Origin: a virus
Lineage: Duplodnaviria; Caudoviricetes
Virus record (IMG/VR): IMGVR_UViG_3300005529_000035
Span: 1 to 63,576 of that record
Length of the DNA stretch: 63,576 nucleotides
Strand: one strand, 5' to 3'
A program made the position numbers and the translations under genes. Shown here piece by piece: positions 19,815 through 28,956 of the stretch; positions within the stretch are counted from its first letter, which is position 1; each line of letters starts with the position of its first letter. The notes under the pieces are model-generated. The model was not told the origin of the DNA. It saw only the letters and a program-made list of their open reading frames with translations, and ran no database searches.

Positions 19815-20045
19815 GTGAGCATTCGTATTGACGGACCGTCACTGGGCCCCGTGCACACCACGGTCTGGTCGTCAGGCAGCCGCGGGCACTCGCGGCCGTG
19901 GGCGCTCCTGCTGGTGCTCCCCGTCGCAGCCCTGGCGTGGAACGCGCTCACTTATACGTGGGTGGACGTCACGCTCGCCATCCTGGCCGTGCTCGGCGTC
20001 TTCGGCTGGCTCAGCGAGAGGGTGCAGCGGAAGCCTGCCCCATAG
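19815..20045 (+). CDS. Small membrane protein inserted antisense between chaperone and tape measure genes
   Basis: 76 aa with two TM helices; probably leaderless GTG start. Confidence 0.55.
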   Translation: MSIRIDGPSLGPVHTTVWSSGSRGHSRPWALLLVLPVAALAWNALTYTWVDVTLAILAVLGVFGWLSERVQRKPAP

Positions 20046-20717
20046 CCGCCTCGAGTTCGCCTCGCATCGCGTCCACGTCGATGACCATGGGCCGTTCCGG
20101 CAGATTCGCCACCTCTGGCGCGGGCTCGGCAGGCCCGAACCCGAACTCCGGGTCAGGCACCGACGCGTCGATCTGGATCACACCCTCGGCGGCCAGGCCC
20201 TCGAGGTGCAGGCGCTTGACCGGCCACGGCAGGTCATCCCACTCGTCTGGCGCGTAGTTCAGGTAACGCCTCACGGCATGCAAAATGAGCCGGCGGCTGG
20301 CAGCGGCGGGGTTCAGCCCGCCGCTGTCCCACCGCCGGCTTCTGCTTCCGGGTTTATCTCATCCCGCAGCCACTTGTAGAACGCGTTCCGCACCCGCGGA
20401 GGGAGTTTCAGCAGTTCCGCCACGCTCGGCTTGCCTGAGCACAGGTCCGCGTACGCCGCGGCTTCGTCGGCGGCGTAGGAGACCAGCGCCTCAGACTGGC
20501 CTGCCTTCTCGATCGCGGCGAGACGGTCGTCGAGGGTGGCGTCGTCGTCCAGATCCGGGGACGCCTGGACGATTTTGCGCTGCTGGATGACTTGCTGGAT
20601 CCCGAACAGCCGGATCTGCTCGTCGGACGGTTCTTTGATGGTGCCTTTGCCCGCCCTGAAGTGCGTGAAGTCGTAGTCCAGTGGCTCGACCACGCTGGCG
20701 GCGTCGAATTGTGCCAT
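20011..20717 (-). CDS. Tail assembly chaperones G (20313..20717) and G-T (-1 frameshift into 20011..20283)
   Basis: Two ORFs before the tape measure, the second open in the -1 frame through AAACCCGGAA at 20346-20355. Confidence 0.8.
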
Positions 20718-20783
20718 GCGGCATCCCTGATGTTGTCCCGCGCTGGGCAGTCAGTGAGGGTGCGCGGGGTTCCCTCTGACGGG

Positions 20784-20915
20784 CTACGCGTGCGCCACGC
20801 CCGTGCACTTCTGCTCCCATGGCCACCGTTCGCAGCGCGGGCAGCGGCCCATGGTGGTGGTCTGGCCAGTGGTAGCGGGCGGCACTGCGGTCATGTCGCC
20901 GGGTATGGCGGTCAT
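20784..20915 (-). CDS. Tiny CxxC protein (43 aa)
   Basis: Manual translation MTAIPGDMTAVPPATTGQTTTMGRCPRCERWPWEQKCTGVAHA; AAGGGG RBS. Confidence 0.4.
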   Translation of the reverse strand: MTAIPGDMTAVPPATTGQTTTMGRCPRCERWPWEQKCTGVAHA

Positions 20916-20927
20916 CGGTCAGGCCCC

Positions 20928-21530
20928 TTAGCTCGTCGCCACGGCTGTGAGGTCCACCCAGACGATGGACGTGAACAGGCACACCGCGTTGAACGTGGTC
21001 GGGTACAGCCGCTGGGCGGCGGCGCGGCGGTACGACGTCGCCACCGTGCCCGCAGACATCACCGCCGGGATGGACAGCACCCGGGCGAAGCCCAGCTGGT
21101 TCTTGCCCACCACCGCGAGCGCCATCTGCGTGAACTGCGTCGACAGCGACAGCACCGACTTGCCCGGCTGCCCCGCACCGGCCGCAGTGACTGCGATCGT
21201 GCCCGCGTTGCCGTACGCCAGGTTGATGTTCGCCAGCGTCTCCTCGGACAGGTCCAGCGACACCTGCATCGTCGCCGAGTCCACCAGCGTCTGCACCGGG
21301 GTGGGCTGCTCCTCGATGCGGATGTCCACCGTGGACGGGTTGAAGTTCAGCGACACGCCCTGGTCGGTGGCGCCCACGTAGGACCAGCCGCCGCCGGTAT
21401 ACGCCGACCCGACACCGAGGCTGGCATCAGCAGGCAGCGACGTGCCGACCGTGGCCGTGAACAGGAGCGCTTCGCCGACGACCACATTGCCCGGCGTGGG
21501 CGACACTGGCGACCAGGTGAGAGACGGCAT
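20928..21530 (-). CDS. Major tail protein
   Basis: WSYVGATDQGV, LSEETLANI motifs; 200 aa; upstream of the chaperones. Confidence 0.85.
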   Translation of the reverse strand: MPSLTWSPVSPTPGNVVVGEALLFTATVGTSLPADASLGVGSAYTGGGWSYVGATDQGVSLNFNPSTVDIRIEEQPTPVQTLVDSATMQVSLDLSEETLANINLAYGNAGTIAVTAAGAGQPGKSVLSLSTQFTQMALAVVGKNQLGFARVLSIPAVMSAGTVATSYRRAAAQRLYPTTFNAVCLFTSIVWVDLTAVATS

Positions 21531-21531
21531 A

Positions 21532-21846
21532 TCAGTGCTCCTTCAGGCTGATCCCGGCGAGCCATGCGGCCTCTCGGGCACGTGCGACGGTTTCGGGACC
21601 GAACTCGGCCGGCTCGGTGGTGATCACCACGTCGTCGACGGTCAGCGACCCGGCTGGAGGCTGCACGGACAGGACCACGGGCTTGTCCGGGACCGGGAAC
21701 AGCGGATTCGCCGGTGCCGCTGGTGCCGTCTGGCGCACCTCCGGGCCGGTGGCGGCCTCGGGCTGGCTGATCTCAGCGCCTGCGTTGCTGCCGATCTGCG
21801 GCGCTGGAGGGGTCTGGGTCTCGGGTGCTTCTTCGCTGCGGGCCAT
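21532..21846 (-). CDS. Hypothetical virion-region protein
   Basis: Start reassigned to the ATG coupled with the upstream stop. Confidence 0.55.
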   Translation of the reverse strand: MARSEEAPETQTPPAPQIGSNAGAEISQPEAATGPEVRQTAPAAPANPLFPVPDKPVVLSVQPPAGSLTVDDVVITTEPAEFGPETVARAREAAWLAGISLKEH

Positions 21847-22217
21847 CAGGACGCCTGATCCATCTCGTAGAGGGTGACGGTGACGTTGGTGTTGGTGCCG
21901 GACAGGTCGAAGTACGTGAACCCGGTCCCGTCCAGCGACGTGAAGTCGGACGGGGTCCACGGGCCGAACAGGTAGTTCGTGGATGCCGACAGGGCCACCG
22001 TCTTGGCGGTGACCGTCTGGCCTTCGACCTTGCGGCCGAAGTTCTGCACGAGGTTCCCGGCGCCGCCCGAATCGACGTAGATGGCGATGAACATGCGCCC
22101 GTTGTTGAGGAACTTGATGCCGGTGTTCGATCCCACGGTCTGCACGCCAGCAGTGGGCAGCACGATGCCCGTGGTGCCGGGCAGCGAGACCGGGCCGGTG
22201 AGTGCCAGGTAAGTCAC
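21846..22217 (-). CDS. Small beta-rich structural protein
   Basis: Codon usage and RBS; located in the structural operon. Confidence 0.6.
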   Translation of the reverse strand: MTYLALTGPVSLPGTTGIVLPTAGVQTVGSNTGIKFLNNGRMFIAIYVDSGGAGNLVQNFGRKVEGQTVTAKTVALSASTNYLFGPWTPSDFTSLDGTGFTYFDLSGTNTNVTVTLYEMDQAS

Positions 22218-22252
22218 GGCTAACCGCCTTCCGTATGGTCTGGGTCAGGCGG

Positions 22253-22729
22253 TCAGGTCTGGTCGGGCACGCGCTTGAGGAAGTCTCCGGTGACGCCGAG
22301 GGTGACGCTGGTGCCCGTCACGACGTAGATGGCGGCGCGGAACAGGTTGCCCGCGAACGCGTTGACGACCGTGCTGTACTTCCCGACCACTGGAGTGGTC
22401 CCGGCGGTGAACAGCGCCTGATAGCCGGGGATCGTGGTCGAGGACGGGTAGCCCGCGGCGGCCAGCGTGGTGGCCGAGTCCGGGTACCACGTGGTGCCGC
22501 CGTCCGGCGAGTTCTGCAGCAGCACCGCCACCAGGCCCGTGGTGGTCCACGTGCCTGCCTGTGCGGTCAGGTTGATCCGCAGGATGGCCTTGTCGAAGTC
22601 CGACCCGGCGAAGGTGTGCGTGCCCGTGGTCAGCCCGGCGCTGCAGACAGTGCCGGAGTCGATCAGGGTCATGGTGTCGGTTTCCCAGCCCAAAATTCGG
22701 CCCTCCAGGTGAAAGAGGGCGTAGGCCAC
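22253..22729 (-). CDS. Beta-sandwich structural protein
   Basis: LQNSPDGGTTWY motif; located in the structural operon. Confidence 0.6.
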   Translation of the reverse strand: MAYALFHLEGRILGWETDTMTLIDSGTVCSAGLTTGTHTFAGSDFDKAILRINLTAQAGTWTTTGLVAVLLQNSPDGGTTWYPDSATTLAAAGYPSSTTIPGYQALFTAGTTPVVGKYSTVVNAFAGNLFRAAIYVVTGTSVTLGVTGDFLKRVPDQT

Positions 22730-22753
22730 CCTCGGGAATGGTTCTGCGTGAAG

Positions 22754-23170
22754 TCAGCGGGTGCCCGCGTAAGCGAGGTACGTGCAGGTGAGCTCGAACC
22801 TGAGCCCGTCATCAGGGCCTGGTGCGAGCGGCGTCGGCGCGGAGCCGAGACGGTGGACGTGGATGAGCACCGTGCCGTCCGTGAGCGTCACCGGGAACGG
22901 CGCCGAGAAGATGAGCGAGTCCAGGGCGTAGGCCAGCCGTTCCGCCTCGCCAGGATCGTCCTGAGGGCCGCGGACCCGTGCCTGGAACGCCGACGCGTCG
23001 GCGGCGCCCTCGATGATGTAACCGGGTCCGGGGACGGCGGTGAGGGTGACGAGCCGGTCGGGTTCCTCGAGGACGTACGGGCCGGGGACGAGCGGTGCGC
23101 CGCGTTCCTGGTCGGTGTCCCAGCCCAGGCCCGTCAGCCAGGAGATCAGCGACGTCGTGGGGACGGCCAT
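22754..23170 (-). CDS. Tail terminator / minor capsid-like protein
   Basis: EPDRLVTLT...FQARVRG...AERLA pattern and synteny. Confidence 0.7.
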   Translation of the reverse strand: MAVPTTSLISWLTGLGWDTDQERGAPLVPGPYVLEEPDRLVTLTAVPGPGYIIEGAADASAFQARVRGPQDDPGEAERLAYALDSLIFSAPFPVTLTDGTVLIHVHRLGSAPTPLAPGPDDGLRFELTCTYLAYAGTR

Positions 23171-23183
23171 CGCTCACCGCCCT

Positions 23184-23672
23184 TTAGGTGCGGTGACGGA
23201 TGACGTTCAGCCCGGACGCGGTGCGCTCACCGTGGTAATGCCCGGACAGGGCGTCGCGGGCCTTGTCCTTGGCCTTCAGTTCTTCCTTCGACAGCCTGCC
23301 GACCAGCGGCGGCCGGTCGTAGATGGTCTCGCCGTCGTCGGTGACCACCGGGTGGCCACTGCCCCGCAGGTCGCCGAACTCAACCGGCGCCAGGCGGGCG
23401 ACCTCGCCGGACAGGTGCTCCGCCGCGGAGATCATGGCATGCTGGCCGCCGTCGTCGAGCACCTTGTCCGCGTACTCCTGCAGGTAGCGGTCGCGGTTGT
23501 CCATCAGCGGCTGGGTCAGGTACATCGCCTGCCCGCCACGCGGATGCTTCAGGTCCAGGCCCTGGTGCTGGAAATGTGCATAGACCTGATTTACGGACAC
23601 AACGGCTTCAAGGTCACCCGAGCCGACCTTGTGCAGAAGCTCGTCGATCCGCGAGCCGAAGTCACCAGCCAT
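23184..23672 (-). CDS. Neck/tail completion protein (HK97 gp10-like)
   Basis: YAHFQH, HPRGGQAMYL, APVEFGDLRGS motifs. Confidence 0.7.
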   Translation of the reverse strand: MAGDFGSRIDELLHKVGSGDLEAVVSVNQVYAHFQHQGLDLKHPRGGQAMYLTQPLMDNRDRYLQEYADKVLDDGGQHAMISAAEHLSGEVARLAPVEFGDLRGSGHPVVTDDGETIYDRPPLVGRLSKEELKAKDKARDALSGHYHGERTASGLNVIRHRT

Positions 23673-24183
23673 CGGGCCAGAACGCGCCGGACAGCGACGA
23701 CCCGGCCGCACCCGCAGGCTCGACCACACCCCGCGGCGACTGCGTGACACCCGAATCCTCGCCCGTGAACACCCGCGGCACCGTGTTGATCGCCTTCCCC
23801 GCATCATCCGGGGCCACGTCCGGCACCCCCGGATCTGCTGAGATCGTCCCCGACGCCAGCGCCGTCAGCGTCGCCATCGCATCCTGGTAAGCCAGCAGCA
23901 CCGGGTCCAGCGGCGACGCGAACGCCTTGTTCTTCCGGTAGATCATCGTCGCGTAGTACACCGCGACCGGGACCGTCACCGAGAAGATCAGGTCCGGCAC
24001 CGGCACCGGCCCGGAGGCGTCGTCGGCGAAAACCTCACCCGCGTACGACGACACCTTCGCCGACGCCCGCACGATCGCCGAGGTCAGCTGGTCGTCGGTC
24101 AGCTGGGCGCACGTTCCGGTGCCTTCATCAGTGCCGTCCACGGCCTCACGGACGTCGGCAGGGGTGCAGTACGTGACGGACAC
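23662..24183 (-). CDS. Head-tail adaptor (Mu gp36/DUF1320-like)
   Basis: YCTPADV...AI..AS..VSSY...YQDAM..L motif. Confidence 0.75.
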   Translation of the reverse strand: MSVTYCTPADVREAVDGTDEGTGTCAQLTDDQLTSAIVRASAKVSSYAGEVFADDASGPVPVPDLIFSVTVPVAVYYATMIYRKNKAFASPLDPVLLAYQDAMATLTALASGTISADPGVPDVAPDDAGKAINTVPRVFTGEDSGVTQSPRGVVEPAGAAGSSLSGAFWPDGW

Positions 24184-24202
24184 CGCGACCCCCTCGCGTC
24201 AG

Positions 24203-24487
24203 CTAGTTGCTGCTATTCGAGGTGAGCTCGTATGTCCCTGCATTCGAGACGGTGTACGAGCCCGGGTGGCCGCCACTGATGGTCGGCGATGTGGTCGTGG
24301 TCGTCGAGCCGTAAGTGATCACATACGGAGTCACCGGATACGTCGGCAGCGGCGTGAAGTGGTAGTGGAAGCAGCGGCAGCCACCGCAATGATGCACGGC
24401 CTGCTGGGCAAGCTGCTCGCGCAGTTCCCCTACCGCCCTGGTCAGCTCGGCGACCTCATCGCGCAGGCGCCGCTTCTCGCTGTCCAT
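24203..24487 (-). CDS. Hypothetical protein
   Basis: GGAGG RBS; coiled coil plus HHCxxC. Confidence 0.5.
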   Translation of the reverse strand: MDSEKRRLRDEVAELTRAVGELREQLAQQAVHHCGGCRCFHYHFTPLPTYPVTPYVITYGSTTTTTSPTISGGHPGSYTVSNAGTYELTSNSSN

Positions 24488-24499
24488 GTCGGCAGCCTC

Positions 24500-24874
24500 C
24501 TACTTCTTGCTGTCGTCCGGCTTGGGATCCGGCTTCGGGTTCGGCTGCGGGTCGTTCGCCTCCGGCGCGTTCGACGCACCCGACTCGATCAGCCGTGAGG
24601 CACCAGCCGGGTCGGGCAGCGCGTCAGGCGGAGGCGCCGGCGGGTGGCCGAACAGGTCACGCGCCGTGATGCGCGGGTCCTCGCCGTCCTTCACCTTTGA
24701 CGCGGCACGGATCACCGGCACCTTGTGGCGGGACATGAACCGGTCAGCCTCGGCCTTGTCGAGTTCGACCGTCTCGCCGGCGTGGACGAGGTAGGCGACG
24801 CGTTCCTTCTTGCCGTCCGTGGCCTCCTGGACGCGCTCGCAGGACAGGTTGGTCAGCGCTACGTAGAGCGTCAT
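24500..24874 (-). CDS. Hypothetical head-associated protein
   Basis: GAGGAG RBS; [14 protein letters not shown] motif. Confidence 0.6.
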   Translation of the reverse strand: MTLYVALTNLSCERVQEATDGKKERVAYLVHAGETVELDKAEADRFMSRHKVPVIRAASKVKDGEDPRITARDLFGHPPAPPPDALPDPAGASRLIESGASNAPEANDPQPNPKPDPKPDDSKK

Positions 24875-25464
24875 TTGTTCTCCTCAGAGGGCATCGTCTG
24901 GCGCAGGCGTTCAAGTTCGGCACGCAGCCGGGCGTTCTCGGCCAGCAGTTCGCCGTAGGCTGCGTGCGTCATCATCTTGCGCCGGTTGCGCTGCTGCGCC
25001 GGCCTGGTGGCCCACCGGCAGTTCTCCGGGGAGTACGGGCCATCGTTGTCTATCCGGTCGAGCGTGTGATCAGCGCTCGGCTTGGGCCACATGTCGGCGA
25101 TGAAGTTCGCCAGGCCGTCAGGCCCCTGCCACCTGTCACAGACCGTGATCCCACGGCCACCGTAGTTGCCATAGCTCGGGCTGGTCGGCTTGGTGCAGCG
25201 GGCGATCATCGAGTACCAGGAATTCGCTGCGGGGTGTTTCCTGAGCCCGTGGAAGGTGCCGACCAGGCAGCCGCATGACTGGGAGGTTCCCTGCCTGAGG
25301 CTGAAGGCGGCTACCCGCTTCTCCGTGCCGCAGTCGCACCGGCAGAGGATCTTGTCTGTGCAGATGCGTGCGGGTTCCAGGGTCAGCCAGCGGTCGTGAC
25401 GCTCGCCTGCCGGCATGTACGGCGGCCGGGCAGTTCCCGGGGAGCCGAAAAGCGTATCCTGCAT
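24871..25464 (-). CDS. HNH-type homing endonuclease
   Basis: [42 protein letters not shown]. Confidence 0.88.
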   Translation of the reverse strand: MQDTLFGSPGTARPPYMPAGERHDRWLTLEPARICTDKILCRCDCGTEKRVAAFSLRQGTSQSCGCLVGTFHGLRKHPAANSWYSMIARCTKPTSPSYGNYGGRGITVCDRWQGPDGLANFIADMWPKPSADHTLDRIDNDGPYSPENCRWATRPAQQRNRRKMMTHAAYGELLAENARLRAELERLRQTMPSEENK

Positions 25465-25609
25465 AGGTGGTGCACCGCCTGAATCGGTGTGTCCACGACC
25501 CCCGTCCCTGTTACTCGCCAGTGCAGGTGACGGGGGTCCTTACATCGAACAGTCTAGCGGAATACCGCCTGGCACTCGCGGATATCGCGCCGTCCGGTCT
25601 GCCCGATTC

Positions 25610-26521
25610 TTACAGCCCTGACAGCAATACGATGCTTAGGGGCTGGTCGAGCCCTATGGCCGATGCGCGCTGAGTGTCCGATCTGAACGTCTTGCGCGGC
25701 TCATCCCGGTATAGGGGACCGGCTGTAAAGGGAACTTCGTCGGCGATGAACCCGGCTCGCTGGCGCTGCATCACGATGGCGTTCCCGGACGGGATCTGCC
25801 GCGACACCAGCGTGTCGAGACCCATGATCTTGTTGGGCAGAACCCCGGTGTACTGAAGGTTCTCGCTGGCGATATCACCGATGTAAGGCGCCGCGAACGC
25901 GCTTGACTGGATCAGCGTGTTCTTGGTGCCATGCGACACGATCAGGGTGTCCGCCTCGAAGCCCAGGTACTGAGTCACACCCAGCGGCGACGTGATTGAG
26001 GCGTTCTCCACCAGGTAGATCGCGTTGGCGATGTCGGCCCTGATCGTCGCGTTGGACGAGGCCCACGCGTTGCTCACCGCGAGGGTCTGGATAGATGAGT
26101 TCGCGATGACAGCGCTGAAGAAGGCCTGGTTCCACGAGTACACCATCGTGTTCTTGACCTGCATGAGCTGCCGGGTCACCGGGTCCACGACCTGGCGGCG
26201 CCGCATCTCATCGGACACCATGATCGCCATGGCGCGCTCGTGCGCCAGGACCACCCTCGGGATGCCGACCGAGGTGGGCACGACCGGGACCTCACCGAAC
26301 TCGGCGCGGATCTCCGGCAGCGAGTCGGCATACAGCGGCGTTGATTCCTCGTACCGCACGGCGCCGGACTGGGTCATGCCAGCGTTGCGCAGCACCGCGT
26401 CCACGATGAACTCGTTCTTCGTGATGTCGAGGATGTACTGCGGGATGGTCAGCGGATCCTTGAGCAGCGAGTCGACTGTGATCCGCGGGCCGTCGAGGCT
26501 GCTGTAAGCCGGAGTAGGCAC
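25610..26521 (-). CDS. Major capsid protein
   Basis: 303 aa, strong GAAGGAG RBS, AEFGEVP motif, follows the decoration and protease genes. Confidence 0.85.
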   Translation of the reverse strand: MPTPAYSSLDGPRITVDSLLKDPLTIPQYILDITKNEFIVDAVLRNAGMTQSGAVRYEESTPLYADSLPEIRAEFGEVPVVPTSVGIPRVVLAHERAMAIMVSDEMRRRQVVDPVTRQLMQVKNTMVYSWNQAFFSAVIANSSIQTLAVSNAWASSNATIRADIANAIYLVENASITSPLGVTQYLGFEADTLIVSHGTKNTLIQSSAFAAPYIGDIASENLQYTGVLPNKIMGLDTLVSRQIPSGNAIVMQRQRAGFIADEVPFTAGPLYRDEPRKTFRSDTQRASAIGLDQPLSIVLLSGL

Positions 26522-26554
26522 GGTGTTATCTCCTTCGTTTCCTGTGTCCGGCTA

Positions 26555-27007
26555 TCAGCCGAAGATCCTGGCCCTGGCCACGGTGGAACCGGAGGCGACA
26601 CCACCGGGCTGCGTGCAGCGGCCGATGATGTAGGCCGGGTGGGTGTCGGAGCCGTCGACCCATGGGGTGACCTGGCCCGACGCGGCTGTCTTGAGCAGCT
26701 GCCCGAACGTGGCCGAGGCGGCGTAGGTCACGAGCATGTCGCAGCCGTGGGCGACCGAGACGTAGTCGCTGACGTACGAGATGTCGAGCAGCGGGGCACC
26801 GCCGGCGAGCGAGTCGGTGCTGCTGGACTGGTCGGGGACCGGTGCCGCGTTCGTCGTCGCGACGCCGAGGACGTTGATCGCGTTCGCGCCGGCGGGTGAC
26901 ACGGTGGTCGCGCTGGAACCGTCAGCGATGACCAGCTGGCCGGCGGTCACGGCAGCGCTGACCTGGTAGCTGTCGGGACCGAGCTTGTAGTGCTGAGAGC
27001 CTGCCAT
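26555..27007 (-). CDS. Capsid decoration/cement protein (DUF2190-like)
   Basis: AGQLV...VLGVA...GQLLKTAASG pattern; located between protease and capsid. Confidence 0.75.
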   Translation of the reverse strand: MAGSQHYKLGPDSYQVSAAVTAGQLVIADGSSATTVSPAGANAINVLGVATTNAAPVPDQSSSTDSLAGGAPLLDISYVSDYVSVAHGCDMLVTYAASATFGQLLKTAASGQVTPWVDGSDTHPAYIIGRCTQPGGVASGSTVARARIFG

Positions 27008-27043
27008 CAGTCGTTCACTTCCTTACGTGGTGGTGGCGGGCAG

Positions 27044-28261
27044 TCAGCGCACGCCGGTCATGGACTTGAGCGCGGCGATGGTGGAGTCGCGCTCCTCAGC
27101 GCGGGCCTGCTCGTCGGCTTCGGACAGGTCACGCCCGGTCGCCGACCCGGCCTCCACTGAGAGGTCGAGCATCTTCGCGGTGCGCGCGAACTCGGTCAGC
27201 ACGTCGCGGACGACCTTCCCGGCGTCGACCGTGTCCCCGTTCGACAGTTCGACGGTGCGGTCGGCGCCCTCAAGCAGCGAGCGGGCCAGGTCGGTGATCC
27301 TCGGGGGCACGCCGTGGACGCGGGCGAGGGTGTCGCGCTCCTTCTCGTAGGAGGCGGCGTCGAGCTGGCGCTGCATGACGCGCACCTGCTCGGCGGTCTC
27401 GTCGGCGCGGGCGTTGGCGAGGTCGATCGCGGCCTGCTGCTCAGCGGTCAGCGCCGCGCCGGCCAGTTCGCCGTCCGGCACTTCCTCGGCCTTGGCGCTG
27501 TCCTCGTCGTCGTCGAGGCTGGCGAGCAGGTCGTCGAGCTCGGCGTCGGTCAGTTCCCCGTCGCCGTCGTCCTCCGCCTTCTTGTCGTCCTTGTCCGCCG
27601 CGGCGGGGGCGATCAGGGCGTCAAACTCGTCATCAGGCAGGTCGAGCAGCTTCGCCAGCCGCGCTTCCTGAGCCTCCGTGAAACCCATACCCGTCTCCTT
27701 CTGGTCAGGGGCGTACTGGTGATCTGTCAGGTCGATGACTTCGCCGCCGCCGTTCGCGGCCTCCACGGCTTCCCAGCCGCGCATGCCGGTGATGCGGGGG
27801 TCGAGGGTGCCGAGGACGTGCTGCAGGGCGCGGGAGAAGAACTTGCCGTCCGCCCGCTGGTACTGCTCCACGATCCGCGCCGACACGCCGAGCTGCGGGT
27901 TCTGCCGCAGGAGGGCGTCGCCTTCTTTGGTGGCGGCGACGATGACGTCCAGGCCGTCGTCGGTGAGTTCCAGGGCGGCGATCTCGCCGCGGAACCGTTC
28001 CGGGTCGTTGCTGTGGGAGTTGTCCCCGGGCGCGATCTGGAACGGGACCTGGTCGTAGGCGCGGGACCGGAACGCGTTCGCGAGGTCGGCGAGGTATTCG
28101 CGGGTGAACGCGATCTTGCGGCCCTTGTAGTCGATCTCGCCGACCGGGAGGAGTTGCTTGCGCCAGATGCGCTTGCCGCGGGGGCTGGCGTTGCCGCGGT
28201 CGTAGGGCGTGAGCAGCGCGGTCACCCGGCTCACCTCCGGCTGTGGCATTTGGGCGGTCAC
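27044..28261 (-). CDS. Mu-like prohead protease/scaffold fusion
   Basis: H..DP...G.I, GVSARI and HVLGTLDPRI protease motifs; acidic helical scaffold C-terminus. Confidence 0.8.
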   Translation of the reverse strand: MTAQMPQPEVSRVTALLTPYDRGNASPRGKRIWRKQLLPVGEIDYKGRKIAFTREYLADLANAFRSRAYDQVPFQIAPGDNSHSNDPERFRGEIAALELTDDGLDVIVAATKEGDALLRQNPQLGVSARIVEQYQRADGKFFSRALQHVLGTLDPRITGMRGWEAVEAANGGGEVIDLTDHQYAPDQKETGMGFTEAQEARLAKLLDLPDDEFDALIAPAAADKDDKKAEDDGDGELTDAELDDLLASLDDDEDSAKAEEVPDGELAGAALTAEQQAAIDLANARADETAEQVRVMQRQLDAASYEKERDTLARVHGVPPRITDLARSLLEGADRTVELSNGDTVDAGKVVRDVLTEFARTAKMLDLSVEAGSATGRDLSEADEQARAEERDSTIAALKSMTGVR

Positions 28262-28291
28262 CGCCGAGGCGTCGCGATTACAATGGGAAGC

Positions 28292-28501
28292 ATGGGAACT
28301 ACCGAGAGTGGCCGCTTAGACCGCCCCGGCCTCATCGAGACCGTCGACAGTTACCAGCAGGCCGATGCGCGGCGGCAGTTCTGGGCGGCGGCCGTAGTCA
28401 AAGCGGGGTTACAGGACCGCTACGGCGTGTTCGTCAGGTCAGTGCGGCTGTCAGAACGGCACCGCGCGTTCGGCATCTTCGTGGACGCGCACACTGCCTA
28501 G
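28292..28501 (+). CDS. Small antisense moron (69 aa)
   Basis: TACAAT -10 box 7 nt before the ATG; fills the gap in the head operon. Confidence 0.55.
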   Translation: MGTTESGRLDRPGLIETVDSYQQADARRQFWAAAVVKAGLQDRYGVFVRSVRLSERHRAFGIFVDAHTA

Positions 28502-28956
28502 GCCGCCTTAGCCCTGGCGTGCTTCGCGGCGGCGCGCTTGGCCAGCGCCTTCGCCTGCGCGGGCTTCATGCCCCGCCTGACGAGCTTCTTGTAGATCGTG
28601 GCTGCCACGGGTGAGGGCTTGGAGCCGCCCATCGTGGTGATACGCGGGCCGTCCATCGAGGACGCGACCGGCGTTGTGCCCGCGAGGTCGAGGGCCAGTT
28701 GCTCGCCGTCGCTGGTGTTCTGCATCGCCCACGTGCCCTTGACGCCTTTGGCGTTCGTCGCCTTGAGTTCGCGGGCCCGCTTGCGGATCAGGGCCTTGAG
28801 AGCCGGGCGCTTGGATGCTGGCGCGCGGCCCACCGACCGGATGGCCTTCTTCAGGTAGTCCACGTTCGGAACCGGGAAGCTGCCGTCCGGAAGCGCCTGC
28901 TTCTTCGCGGCGAGCTTCTTGCGGCCAGCGGCACGCTGAACCGGGGGTGTCTTCAC
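28498..28956 (-). CDS. Basic head-region protein (DUF6582-like)
   Basis: ALPDGSFPVPNVDYLKKAIRSVGRA motif. Confidence 0.65.
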   Translation of the reverse strand: MKTPPVQRAAGRKKLAAKKQALPDGSFPVPNVDYLKKAIRSVGRAPASKRPALKALIRKRARELKATNAKGVKGTWAMQNTSDGEQLALDLAGTTPVASSMDGPRITTMGGSKPSPVAATIYKKLVRRGMKPAQAKALAKRAAAKHARAKAA

